This document shows positions 10,366-20,989 of a DNA stretch of 64,000 bases, piece by piece. The notes under the pieces are model-generated. The model was not told the DNA's origin. It ran no database searches and saw nothing but the letters and a program-made list of their open reading frames with translations. The position numbers were made by a program, and so were the translations under genes. The stretch covers positions 558,001 through 622,000 of the forward strand of contig CDRNVI010000053.1 in the NCBI GenBank assembly GCA_977017575.1, written 5' to 3'. Every line of letters begins with the position of its first letter. Position 1 is the first letter of the stretch. The stretch comes from Paramoeba atlantica. Taxonomy: Eukaryota; Protista; Discosea.

Positions 10366-11586
10366 TAAATCACACTGATTATGCTGTGACGTAAACCGCG
10401 CAACATCTTTTCAGTCAAAACAAAAACAATATTGCGTATTACATTTTTCAAAAGACGTAGAAGTATTACTGATATCGTCCCGTAACGTCTAGCACTGTAC
10501 GCTGTATTCGCTTGGTTGTATTCTCTTGATTGTTAGGATTTTCCTTTGTCATCAGAATACAGTATGGGCCTAGGGGGAAATACAATATACGTAGCAGAAT
10601 TTCCATGTTTATGGTTATTTTTGCGCCTTCTTTTAGCGTGATGTTTTCTTCACCATAGCTCTCATCATATGACCAGTAGGCAAGATATTCTTTAAATACA
10701 AGTAGTAAATGAAAGTAGTAAGTCGGGCAAAACGCTTTTCTAAATTTAGAATTTTGTTCCATTAAGTGTTCCTCTCGTTAGCTTAGTTAACCAGAACGTG
10801 TTCTTGTTCTCACAACAACAATGTATGTAACTAGCAATGTATGTATATTTGAAACTGGGTTTTATTTTGGGCTGGACAATTGCTAGTTATTATTATACGA
10901 TTTTATTTATTTTTCTATCATCCAATCCCTTCATTTTTCTTCACTTCTTCTGCCTACAAAGGCGTGTCACGATTTCGTCTTCACCCAAATGGGACACGAT
11001 AACTAAGAAAAGTGATGCAGCACATGAAATTGTGGCGCGCAAACCAAGCAAAACTATTTTTTGTGCAATTTAGGTACAGTGCGCCAAGTTGTTCAAGTCC
11101 CAGAAAGTGGTTTTCTCAAACGGTAAAAAAAAATTTGTAGTCACCTTTTTTTAGACTTTTTCTTTCTTTTTCGAGGGTTTTTGTCCAAGGCAAATTGTCA
11201 GTCTGTCATTGATTTCATTTCATCTCCTTTTTTAAGTTGTGACAACGGACATCCGCATACAACTCGCATTAGAAAGCTCGGTGCGTCAACGACATTTGAT
11301 TATGGCAACAATTTTTCATCAAAAAATGAAAGGACTTGACTAGTGCCTCCAGTAATAGATCCCAAATGGTAACATTTTTTGTAGTTACCCAGAACCGGTG
11401 GTAACTACTAAAAACCACTTTATTTTTTTGGGCGCACTGTACTCTTACTCCAAAATATTTTGTATCAGTTTTTGGCGCAATATGCTATTTCATATGCTAT
11501 TTCACCTTTTTGTACTAATGTCGTGTACTAGAGCCGTAATATATATTGCTAAGTCCGTTATGCGAATCTATGAATTTTCTTAGTCT

Positions 11587-14500
11587 ATGAACACAAGGTC
11601 ATCAAGAAATAGTTTACAGGATCATGACAGCATCAGGTCCGATATTCATGGTTTGCCCAATGAACACAGGAACTTCGAGCTTCATAGTAGTGCGAGTACA
11701 GAAGTTTTTGAAGCCAGGGAAGTGACCAAAGACACTAGTCTTAATAAAAAAGCAACTCACGGAAACGAGTCGTCAAAAAAGCTTTTATCAGCACGTGCAG
11801 AACCCTTTTACGCGATGAAATTGGTATCCTCATCTTCATATACTTATAATGGTAGCAATGTGAAAGAAATTAGTTTATATTCAGAAGTACCATATCTTAC
11901 CCAAGATTCTTGGATACCCTACGATGTGTCTTGCAAGGAATTAGCGAATACTAAAAAAACCTCTTCAAAGCAACAACGCACTCCTCGGCGCTGCAGTCAA
12001 GCTGACAATCTAATTCCAATACAATTCAAAGTACAAGATAATCCTGTGCAGACACTTTCTATTGATGCAGCGACGCGCAAAAAACAACCAAAGCAACCAT
12101 GTCCCTTTACTTCTTGCGCTACTGATTTTAATTTTGATGGAACACAATTGCACGCTACAAAACCACAAACAGAGGTCAGTTCCACCAGTGTATTAAACGT
12201 GGATCAGTTCAATGATAATCATCGTCATTTCCAACCTGTTAATATGCCACACACTGAATGCGTCGGACATCAAACCAAAGAAATCTGTCAGGAAGAGCAA
12301 GGTGAATCACTTGGACATAATAATAACAGTATATTAGGCACCTCAGCATGTTTATCCTCAGATCCTATTCCACATGTGCCGCGCACAATGTTGCCTCTCG
12401 AGAATACTCCTCTGGCTCCTATAACGTGGGTACGTCCGGTACATAATTATGAAGATATTCATAATCCTAGCTACCTTCCTCGTGTTAACTACTGTTCACG
12501 TGAATATATACCTTTTAAAACTCATGTTCGAGGCGAAAAACAGCTCTCAGATAATTTCAACAGCCAAAGCAGACCCTATTTTTGCCCTGACACTATTGAA
12601 AACAAACCGAAACGTGCATCAATAAAGTATCACGGAAACAACTCGACTCAATGTGCGGACAAAAAAGAAGCATTGGCCACGGAGCAATCCGAATCAAGCA
12701 GCGCTATTTCAAAAAATGAACGAAAGCATGATCAGAAAAAAGCTGGACGAAAGCATGGAAAAATTTCTCTTGAATTATCTTCTAGCTGTAACTCTATTGA
12801 TAGAACTTCAAACCGAACAATATTGGATTGCTCGCCTGAGGTGTCGGAAAAGCCTCTAACTTCCGACAATACATTTTCAGATTTCTCGAAAAAGATCGAC
12901 ATGCAAGAGGCGTTTGGCGCAGAAGATGGAACATCTTTATTCTCTCAAAAGCTAAATCCAGAACAGCTTCGTTCGACCTGTCAAACTTCGCCAATTAGCA
13001 ATTCAGAGTCTGAAGTTACTCAAAACTCATCATACTTTTCCTCAGCTATAAATCGAGAAACTGAAGAAACAAGTTGCTCGAAAACGCTTCCCACAAATTG
13101 CGCATGCGTATCGTGTTCTCTCAAGTTGGAACATACAGATATAGCACATTCCAATAAAAAAGAAGACAAATCACATGCCGGTGAAACGAAGAAGAGGGAT
13201 CCCAACGGTCACAATGTGTCTCAAAAGCATAAACATAGGGAGCAGTGCGTATGTATTCTTGGCAGGCCTTGTTCCAGTGGCGCTAGTGGGCAAGATATAT
13301 ATTTGGAAAGGAATTCACCATCAGCAGGTGTGCACTTAAGAAATGTTGTGGCTGATAGCACTGCAGAAACACCACTTTATCGCACAAAGACGTGCGAAAT
13401 AGGCAAATCTATGGCTCAAACGTCCTTGCAAGACAAATTTTGTTCTAGAACTCAACACTTTCCCACTGAACATTCTGAGAAACTCTTGCACCAAGCTAAG
13501 TTACAGATTTCTGAAGATTTCGTTTCAGATGACGAAAATTCAGAATCTGATCCACTTTGGATAGACACTTCACCGCAAAAAGATCGAAGCAAACGGAACA
13601 ACAAGTCAAAAAAAAATCAAGTCTTGAAAAATTCAACAATGAGGGAGCAATGTCTAACATCCGGTAAAGAATTTAACATTTTTCTTCGCACCATGTCGAC
13701 GGTAAAGAGTAAAAATTCTTCACCTAATGTTTCCGTAATTCAAAAAAAGAACAAAATCAAAGCACACAAAAGTGGTTTCTTCCGTGCTGAAATAACAGCC
13801 TTAATACGTGATTACGCAGCTTTGGTGGAGAAAGCGGATGCGTGTCGAAAATCTCCTGCAGCCCGCTTGCTGTTGTTGCAGGAAGCTCTTCCTCTTGCTG
13901 AAGAGATTAATGATATTCCTATGTTGCATGAGCAACTTTTAGATATGTCAGAATTATATAACGAAGTGGGAGAATTTCGGAAAGCACAAGAATGCGCTGA
14001 GCGCGTGTTACTCTCTGAAGAAACGTGTTCGTCACAGAAGCAAAATAGAATTGTTCTTCTTCGTTGTAATGCAGTTCTTGGCAGAAGTTTCGAAAGTCTT
14101 GTACAACCTGAGAAAGCTAAGCCATTCCTCGATGCTGCCATTCGTTTATCCCGAGAAATTGGGGATAAGCATCGTGAAGCTGCAGTTATGGGACACTTAG
14201 GTATCGTCCATGAATTAATGGGAGACTATACAACTGCTTTTCTGCTCTATGCTGAAACACTGCGCATGGCCCAATCGTTGAAAGACCTTCGTATACTATG
14301 CGAAACTACTGCAAACCTTGGACTTGCTCACCTTTCGATAGGGGATCTCGATGCCGCTCACAAATTATTAATGAATAATGTACCTGTGGCTCGATCACTC
14401 CGCGACTACACGCTCGCATCAAGAGCACTTACCAACGTGGCCCACGTGCACCTGTTACGTGGTGACCTTGAAAAGGCTAAATACTTTCACCGGGAAGAAC

Positions 14501-16695
14501 TCCTTGTCAATGAAGAAAATCAAGACTCACAAGGTGTTGCACAAGCCTTAAGCTGTCTTGGCAACGTTTGTAAAACTCAAGGAGAGTACGACGAAGCCTC
14601 TTCATACTTTCTCCAAGAATTGTGCGTCGTTCAGCGACTTGGAAACGATATTCGTGTACTGGAGAGTCTTAGTAATTGTGGTACAATTTTTCGTTTGATG
14701 AAAGATTTTAATAGGGCACGTGATTACCACCGCAGGGAGCGGGTTTGTGCAGGAAGTACATCTGACGTCGTTGTACTAGCCAAAGCTATTTTGAACCTCG
14801 CTGACGTTGATTCTCAAGAAGGTATGTATCAAAAGATGCCCGTTCTCCTACAAACGGCTATAGAACGTTATCATCGAACTTTGTATCTAGTATGTGAAGG
14901 AGTACCGCACGACGAAAGGCAGTTGTACATGATTAAAGTAGGTTGTTGCGAGGCTGAGTGGCGTGCATTAGACGGACTTGAAACTGCACATCGTTATATG
15001 GACGACATCGAGAGCGCTGTATGGAGAGCGGACGCTAAACATCTACCTTTGGTCACACAAATACTGCGCCGCGAGTTGGATAAGCCCATGAGTGATAGTT
15101 CTGGGGACCTTGTTAGCAGACTTTCCATAGACGTTGAAAAACGAATTTCTTCAATAATGAGTACAGAACCTATTTCGCAAATCTCTACACCTTCCACTGA
15201 CCAAATACGAAGTTTTCTTGCACGCAAATTCTTATCATATGATATTCGTTTCGCGTTAAACGAAATGGAACTAGATACCATAGTACTTTATTCAATGTAT
15301 TGGGATGACGGGCACGATCTACATGCGTATGTGTTTCATCGTACTGAACAAATATGGCATACAGTCCCGCTCATATTCTCCACCAAATCAAGCAAAGTGT
15401 TAGCCGCTCAAAACGGGACTTATCGGCGACTTCTCGTTGACACTGATCTCGATATGCCTTTACTTCCGCACACCATTTACAGCAAGGGCGAGCGTCTCGC
15501 AGCCGAAGAAACACCTGAAAACTTGCAGGAATCCATGACAGTGATCTACAATGATTTTATTTATCCCCTAGAGACAGTTTTGAAGCGTTCTGGCGAGTCG
15601 AACTCTATATGTTTTGTTACCGATGGTCTACTGATAAATATACCTTTCGCTGTTCTTCAGGATTATGAAGGGAGATATTTGATCGAACGCTATGCGATAA
15701 ACACAGTACCCAGTTTGGAACAATTGGTGTTGCTTCATGAGCGTCGAAAAAGCAAACGCCTCCCCGCGCAAAATTGTCCCGCGCAAAATTTATCTATTCA
15801 ACGTAACTTCAAATTGTTGTGCCTTACAGGGTCAAGCAATTCCTTTCCGAGTACATCAATATTCGACTTTACGAACCAGCGGGAGAGTTTCGACATAAAT
15901 GAAAAAGATCCAAAATGTTCTAACAGAGCTCACGTGAATAGTCGACTGGTCAACGAATCTGATTGGTTTCAGCACCACTATTGTTGCTCTGTCGAATATC
16001 TCCATCAGGCAATGATGGAACCTCGTGAACTTGTGTTATTGCATTTTCCTACTGATTGCGAAATGCGGGAAGATTACACAGGTTCGTTCGTTACCGGCGA
16101 AAATCAAATCAGCAGCGAAGAAATTGTAACGTCGTGGAAATCATTAAATATTGGAACCATTGTATGCGATGGATTTAGTTCCTTCTCCTATCGCGTTATA
16201 CATGAGTCCTGTGTGGGACTAACCCGCTCATTGCTTGCGGTGGGGGCGGATCGTATTCTTGGTTTGCATTGGCTTTCAGACGAAAAATTTGAAGAATTTG
16301 AATCTAACCTAGTGCAATCAAGTTGCCGACATGCACCTGAAACGGAACCAGGGAACTCTGAAAGAACCTTGCAAATGCCTGAAGACCCTTGGGATGCAGC
16401 ACAAAGCTATATTTCCAAACAATTCCAGTACACGCAAGCGTCAAATTCGTGCCACAAACGAAAAACAGTACCTCAAGTAGTTCCTAAGGACCTCTTATAT
16501 GATATTTGGAGCGCGCACACGCCACTGACGCCTTGCGAATCCGGTCAGGATAAAGCATTGACGTCAAATAGCGAAGACACTGAAAAATCTCCCCTTTGCA
16601 TTGCACGCATATTACAAAAATACCAAATCAAATGCATCAAGGATGGCATTTCTCCTTGGATTTGGGGGAGATATACTATTATAGGTCTTCCATAA
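11587..16695 (+). CDS. TPR-repeat + CHAT domain protein (TTC28-like architecture) with about 730 aa of disordered N-terminus
   Basis: TPR units such as EAAVMGHLGIVHELMGDY, LTNVAHVHLLRGD and ALSCLGNVCKTQGEYDEA. CHAT motif ICFVTDGLLINIPFAVLQDYEGRYLIERYAINTVPSL and terminal WGRYTIIG. Confidence 0.8.
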   Translation: MNTRSSRNSLQDHDSIRSDIHGLPNEHRNFELHSSASTEVFEAREVTKDTSLNKKATHGNESSKKLLSARAEPFYAMKLVSSSSYTYNGSNVKEISLYSEVPYLTQDSWIPYDVSCKELANTKKTSSKQQRTPRRCSQADNLIPIQFKVQDNPVQTLSIDAATRKKQPKQPCPFTSCATDFNFDGTQLHATKPQTEVSSTSVLNVDQFNDNHRHFQPVNMPHTECVGHQTKEICQEEQGESLGHNNNSILGTSACLSSDPIPHVPRTMLPLENTPLAPITWVRPVHNYEDIHNPSYLPRVNYCSREYIPFKTHVRGEKQLSDNFNSQSRPYFCPDTIENKPKRASIKYHGNNSTQCADKKEALATEQSESSSAISKNERKHDQKKAGRKHGKISLELSSSCNSIDRTSNRTILDCSPEVSEKPLTSDNTFSDFSKKIDMQEAFGAEDGTSLFSQKLNPEQLRSTCQTSPISNSESEVTQNSSYFSSAINRETEETSCSKTLPTNCACVSCSLKLEHTDIAHSNKKEDKSHAGETKKRDPNGHNVSQKHKHREQCVCILGRPCSSGASGQDIYLERNSPSAGVHLRNVVADSTAETPLYRTKTCEIGKSMAQTSLQDKFCSRTQHFPTEHSEKLLHQAKLQISEDFVSDDENSESDPLWIDTSPQKDRSKRNNKSKKNQVLKNSTMREQCLTSGKEFNIFLRTMSTVKSKNSSPNVSVIQKKNKIKAHKSGFFRAEITALIRDYAALVEKADACRKSPAARLLLLQEALPLAEEINDIPMLHEQLLDMSELYNEVGEFRKAQECAERVLLSEETCSSQKQNRIVLLRCNAVLGRSFESLVQPEKAKPFLDAAIRLSREIGDKHREAAVMGHLGIVHELMGDYTTAFLLYAETLRMAQSLKDLRILCETTANLGLAHLSIGDLDAAHKLLMNNVPVARSLRDYTLASRALTNVAHVHLLRGDLEKAKYFHREELLVNEENQDSQGVAQALSCLGNVCKTQGEYDEASSYFLQELCVVQRLGNDIRVLESLSNCGTIFRLMKDFNRARDYHRRERVCAGSTSDVVVLAKAILNLADVDSQEGMYQKMPVLLQTAIERYHRTLYLVCEGVPHDERQLYMIKVGCCEAEWRALDGLETAHRYMDDIESAVWRADAKHLPLVTQILRRELDKPMSDSSGDLVSRLSIDVEKRISSIMSTEPISQISTPSTDQIRSFLARKFLSYDIRFALNEMELDTIVLYSMYWDDGHDLHAYVFHRTEQIWHTVPLIFSTKSSKVLAAQNGTYRRLLVDTDLDMPLLPHTIYSKGERLAAEETPENLQESMTVIYNDFIYPLETVLKRSGESNSICFVTDGLLINIPFAVLQDYEGRYLIERYAINTVPSLEQLVLLHERRKSKRLPAQNCPAQNLSIQRNFKLLCLTGSSNSFPSTSIFDFTNQRESFDINEKDPKCSNRAHVNSRLVNESDWFQHHYCCSVEYLHQAMMEPRELVLLHFPTDCEMREDYTGSFVTGENQISSEEIVTSWKSLNIGTIVCDGFSSFSYRVIHESCVGLTRSLLAVGADRILGLHWLSDEKFEEFESNLVQSSCRHAPETEPGNSERTLQMPEDPWDAAQSYISKQFQYTQASNSCHKRKTVPQVVPKDLLYDIWSAHTPLTPCESGQDKALTSNSEDTEKSPLCIARILQKYQIKCIKDGISPWIWGRYTIIGLP

Positions 16696-17186
16696 CCTTG
16701 CATTGGTGCAAAAAATACGTTTATATTATTTTGTAAATCTGCTGCAAACCTTTTTTCGTACAGAATACATATAAATATTAACATAATAATATTAATATAT
16801 GCTCACACAAAATTTTACAGCGGAAGAGCTAGAGGGAGTTCGTTTCTTCGCGTCCCTTATTTATTCATTCAACACACATGTAGTATACTTAATATTGTCT
16901 TATTTCGCACTCCTATTAAGGGAGAGAATTGTATATGTGGATCTTTGTGGCAGCTGATGCTGCCAGAGCAATACAAGACAGTTTTATCTTGAAATGTTTC
17001 TTGCTAGCATCTTGCGTTGGCAAGATAATCACATATTACATCACAAGCTTTTTCAGTGTTCTTTGTTAGGTATTAAATACAGCAATCGTAAACATCTCAG
17101 TATCACTGTATTTTTCATTGGCGAAATTCATTCACAAAAACCGTTCAAAAAAATATATGCTGATCTATTCGTTGTACAGTATCTGA

Positions 17187-17945
17187 ATGTTTCTAACCGT
17201 TCATAGTGCACAAGGTGCCGATCCTTCTAAAAGAAGGAATCGCCCGGGAAAAGTTTCAAATGTAGTTCTATCATTCGAATGTGAAATGGAGCGTCTTTTA
17301 TCTGGTGTGGAGGATCCTCACAGTACTTGGAATTCTCATGTGCCGCTTGACGAATGGTATGCAGTACGGTTTTCCGGTTCTACGGAGAGACCAAAGCTTT
17401 GTCTAGGACTCGGAAATTTTCAAGGAAAATTGAATGCAATGTTTCTTCCAAGATCATTGTTTGCTTTTCGCGCATCAGGAAATCAATTTTATGGTCCATT
17501 TGATTTCTCTGTGCTACCGTCTGGGCTTTGGGAAATTGATATCTCTAAAAACAAGTTTACCGGTGGGGTAAATCTTAATCAACTCCCGTCCTCGCTTCGA
17601 AATTTGTACGCATCGTCGAATATATTTACGGGGCCCATAGATCTAACACAACTTTCTCAAGGTTTGGCTATTTTAGATCTTTCCTACAACCTTCTTGATG
17701 GTGGGTTAAAGTTGGATTGCCTTCCATCTCGACTTCAGCAACTGGTACTGGACCACAATAGATTTTCTGGAAGTCTTGTACTTTCGTCACTCAATAAGGG
17801 ACTTCGTGGTTTGGGGTTATCGCACAATCAGTTCGTAGGAGAGGTAGATCTTTCGAGCATTACATCCGCGTTACACACGTTACATCTGAGCGGAAACAAT
17901 GTTGAGGTATGCGGCGACCGACGTTCGCTATTGGGACTCCTTTAG
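17187..17945 (+). CDS. Leucine-rich repeat protein
   Basis: About six repeats of LPxxLxxLxLxxNxFxGxxDL (for example LPSSLRNLYASSNIFTGPIDL). Confidence 0.85.
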   Translation: MFLTVHSAQGADPSKRRNRPGKVSNVVLSFECEMERLLSGVEDPHSTWNSHVPLDEWYAVRFSGSTERPKLCLGLGNFQGKLNAMFLPRSLFAFRASGNQFYGPFDFSVLPSGLWEIDISKNKFTGGVNLNQLPSSLRNLYASSNIFTGPIDLTQLSQGLAILDLSYNLLDGGLKLDCLPSRLQQLVLDHNRFSGSLVLSSLNKGLRGLGLSHNQFVGEVDLSSITSALHTLHLSGNNVEVCGDRRSLLGLL

Positions 17946-18070
17946 GATAAGCTGGTCCACTTCCTATACTTTTCTAAGTGTACCGCCGTGGTGTGCGCTG
18001 ATAATAATGTAGTTTGTTGATATTTCACCAAAACAAAGGTACAGCATTGGAGTCTGTGCTAAACTTGGTT

Positions 18071-18095
18071 TTCACGAATTTTCACAAGTTTTCAC
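18071..18095 (+). repeat. 10-bp-period TTCAC repeat, left copy
   Basis: TTCACGAATT TTCACAAGTT TTCAC, preceded by TTGGTT. Confidence 0.85.
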
Positions 18096-18116
18096 CTGTA
18101 ATTCATTTTATCTATT

Positions 18117-18629
18117 TTGGTGCAATTCTCAACTTTTCTTTTATCATGGAGTAATATTTCGAATAAACTTTATTTTTTATGTCCGTGCAGTCCTCAATCA
18201 TTCGTCAAGTGTTTGGCGAAATGCATGAAAACTACACCATTCACTATTCCTCGTGCAGGTCGCCCTAGCTTTTGTGTGTATTGTAAGTGGTGCCCCACTC
18301 CTGACGAACAAAGGGATAGATGTGTGTTTTGACTCGAGGACGGCGTCCTACAGGGCACTGAAGTCTGCGTTCATTGTGGACAAAGTCAAGTTGTTGAAGC
18401 ATTGAAATACGACAGCGAATTGTTGCCTGAGAAAAGGGCTGCAACAGATGCCAAGATTTTTTCAGCTCGGATGCAGCGTAAGCGGTATCCCCGACCAAAT
18501 TCAACATCCCGTAACCAGCGTACCTTGGATGGATTCGTATATTCTAACAATCAACATTCCAATAGCCGTTGGTTACAAATAGGCACGGAAGGTAATTCTG
18601 ATAATGAGGAAGATGTTGTTTTAACTTAA
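18117..18629 (+). pseudogene. Cys-rich ORF interrupted by one in-frame TGA (18330-18332)
   Basis: The 18117 and 18402 ORFs share a frame. Reading through gives CVYCKWC...RCVF*LEDGVLQGTEVCVHC...; family not recognised. Confidence 0.4.
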
Positions 18630-18758
18630 TTTACGGTTTTAGTGTAGTGTATTTCCAAACATGATAGTTTAGACTACAGTTTGGGGCTTTATTACGGGAC
18701 ACTAAACCCCACCCCCACATTGTCCCTTAAATCTGTGGCTCAATGGGGATTTTTGGTT

Positions 18759-18803
18759 TTCACGAATCTTCACAAAACTTCACGAATTTTCACAAGATTT
18801 CAC
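18759..18803 (+). repeat. 10-bp-period TTCAC repeat, right copy
   Basis: TTCACGAATC TTCACAAAAC TTCACGAATT TTCACAAGAT TTCAC, preceded by TTGGTT. Confidence 0.85.
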
Positions 18804-19214
18804 TTGATATTTACACAGACTCTATTGATGTCAGCTGGCTAGGGTGCGTGAAAGCAGGCTAGGGTGCGTGTTTTTCATGAAATTGTATTCTGTTCTATTA
18901 TTGTTCAATTTGCTTTTTCTAATATATTTTCACATGAGAAGTAATACATCAAGCACATGTACAGTATGCAAAAAAACTGTTCATATGTTTGACACTTTTT
19001 TTTGTTGGTGTTTCCCTGTGGCCAGGTGTGGTGTGCATTGAAGTAGTATATCAGAGTAGTGTACGCGTGGGTACTACGTATATGCCATAGAGCTTCCGAC
19101 TATATAGGCTTTCTAATAAACGTATGATTGTACGCAACTCAAAAAAAAACATGTCAACAGTTTTTTTGCAATTTTGAAAAAACGTATTTTTGACGGAGAA
19201 CACAATATGCTTGG

Positions 19215-20300
19215 TCAAAGGGGCATAGCTCTTTCACTCTCTCTCAAAGGGGCATAACTCTTTCACTTTAAACTTAATTTTGGACTTATCCCTTAGTACT
19301 TCGTGACGCCCTCTTTCGCCTTGATTACAGCCTTCATTCGTCGAGGCATGCTTTCTACCACAGAGTAACATAGACTTTCTGGAATTTTAGCCCATTCTTC
19401 TTGGGCCCACTTCCAGAGTTCCAAAACTCCTGTTGGTGCGATGGAACGACCTGCAATCGCTCTTTTGATTCCAAATATTCTCAATGGGATTGAGATCGGG
19501 GGACTGCGCAGGCCACTCCAGAAGCGTGTACGACTCATCAGCAAAGAATTTCTTTGCCAATTTGCGCGTATGCTTCGGATCGTTATCCTGTTGAAAAATC
19601 ATACAATCTTTCTTCAGACCAAGGTCTTCTAGAGAATTTTCCAGATTGTCACGAAGAATGCGAACGTATTGTTCTGCATTCATGTTATCATCAACAAGAA
19701 CGATCTTCCCCACACCAGTAGGTGCCATGCAGCCCCATAGCATGATGGACCCCCCTCTGTACTTGACTGTCCCACGGGTGGTCCTGTCATTCAAACCTTC
19801 CCCTGGAGACTTGTAGACCAAATTGTCTCCCACATTCTCGAAGCGACAAAGTTTTGTCTCGTCCGACCATAACGCCTTTGACCAATCTGCGAAGGTCCAA
19901 TGCTGGTGTCGGAAAGCAAGCTTTAATCGCAGTTTCTTTTGACGGCGAGTCAACTTCGGCTTTTTTATACGTTTACCGGCTTGTAGCTCATTTGAACGCG
20001 GAGCATTGCGAACTGACTGGGGAGTTAAATTAATGATACGCTCTTCGCGGAGTCTCATGCTTACAGTACCAGCGTTCTTTTCATCACCGCATACAATAAG
20101 AAGTTTCATGCGTCGAGAGCATGTCTCTGTGATTTTGCAGGGGCCGCCTTTTGATGTTTCTATATGTGAAAGATTTGTTTTGCTTATCTTAGAAACATAA
20201 CCTACGCTGAGCCTGTGTTCACCGCAAATTTGCGTACAAACTTTCCCAACTTAAGAGATTCAATGACTCTGGTGCGTATTTCGCGGGGTATTGATTTCAT
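19215..20300 (-). mobile_element. Tc1-family (DD34E) transposon relic with a frameshifted transposase (CDS relic 19293-20300)
   Basis: The ATG at 20300 gives MKSIPREIRTRVIESLKLGK; after a frameshift the frame continues through WSDETK, FQQDNDPKH and WPAQSPDLNPIENIW (34 residues from D to E); after a second frameshift it ends ESMPRRMKAVIKAKEGVTKY. A 24-bp direct repeat lies at 19215-19238 and 19244-19267. No matching upstream TIR was found. Confidence 0.85.
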
Positions 20301-20386
20301 TGTATAGTAAATTTAAAGTTTTAGTCCTAAGGTTCGTTTCCTATGAAATTAATACCCCGCGAAGTACGCACCAGAGTCATTGAATC
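20257..20386. repeat. 44-bp inverted repeat (2 mismatches, 42-nt spacer) duplicating the first codons of the Tc1 transposase
   Basis: 20257-20300 is the reverse complement of 20343-20386 apart from two positions. Confidence 0.92.
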
Positions 20387-20388
20387 CA

Positions 20389-20794
20389 GAGTTCGATCCA
20401 TAATCAAGGAATAGCTGTAATTAGTGCGAAAGATTTTAAGAGATTACTTTTTGCACTAATTAAAATTTGTCGCTTCGTTAAAGTTTCACCCGAAGCCCCT
20501 CATACCATTATTTTGAAAGTGCAATGTGAAACCGCAATGTGTACTAATTAAATGCGGAATTTTATCCTTTGGAAAACTAGCGAAAAGCAGTTCGCACAAC
20601 ATAATTCAGAAGATCAACGGTTAACAAACAACGTGCCGTGATGCGCGATATTTTTGAGGCTAGTGTTGACTACGACGACGCCATAAGAGGAACAAATAAT
20701 CTGAAATGAAGATTTCACAAAAAATAGAAATAAAATTTATTTCACTAATTAAATGCACAATGATTTTTCACCACAGTAATTATGGATCGGACGG
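20389..20794. mobile_element. Non-autonomous pogo-type element (MITE-like)
   Basis: The right end TAATTATGGATCGGACGG is followed by TA (20795-20796). The left end GTTCGATCCATAATCA matches its reverse complement at 14/16 but lacks the terminal CC. Internal ACTAATTAAA motifs recur in both orientations. Confidence 0.55.
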
Positions 20795-20989
20795 TATTTC
20801 CACCTTAAACAAAAATAATTTTTTATCAGGGTTCGCGGAAACTTTAAAACTTTCAAGAAAGTACGTTAAAGTTACTCTATTTTTGTTTTTCTAAAAACTT
20901 TCAAAAAAAAATTCTTTATTCTTTTTTTCTATTACACAATACACGATACGCCTCTATACAATGCACGACACTCTTTTTTCCGATGGAAA

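Noticed and set aside
10466-10762. 98-aa minus-strand ORF as a DDE transposase fragment
   Set aside because: Only a vague WSYDES resemblance; no second or third catalytic motif and no TIRs found.
11587-17945. Bacterial-type TPR-CHAT plus LRR defence operon
   Set aside because: The CHAT dyad looks dead, no effector such as a gasdermin or sigma factor is adjacent, and neighbourhood in a polycistron does not imply function.
18330-18332. Genome-wide TGA reassignment
   Set aside because: All conserved genes translate fully in the standard code, and several end in TGA (for example MSH2 and ABCF).
18837-18870. Direct repeat GGCTAGGGTGCGTG x2, resembling telomeric or TSD sequence
   Set aside because: Only two copies 6 nt apart; not a telomere array and it does not flank an element.
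20345-20410. tRNA gene suggested by a GTTCGATCC B-box-like motif
   Set aside because: No cloverleaf or A-box. The sequence is explained by the foldback arm and the MITE terminus.
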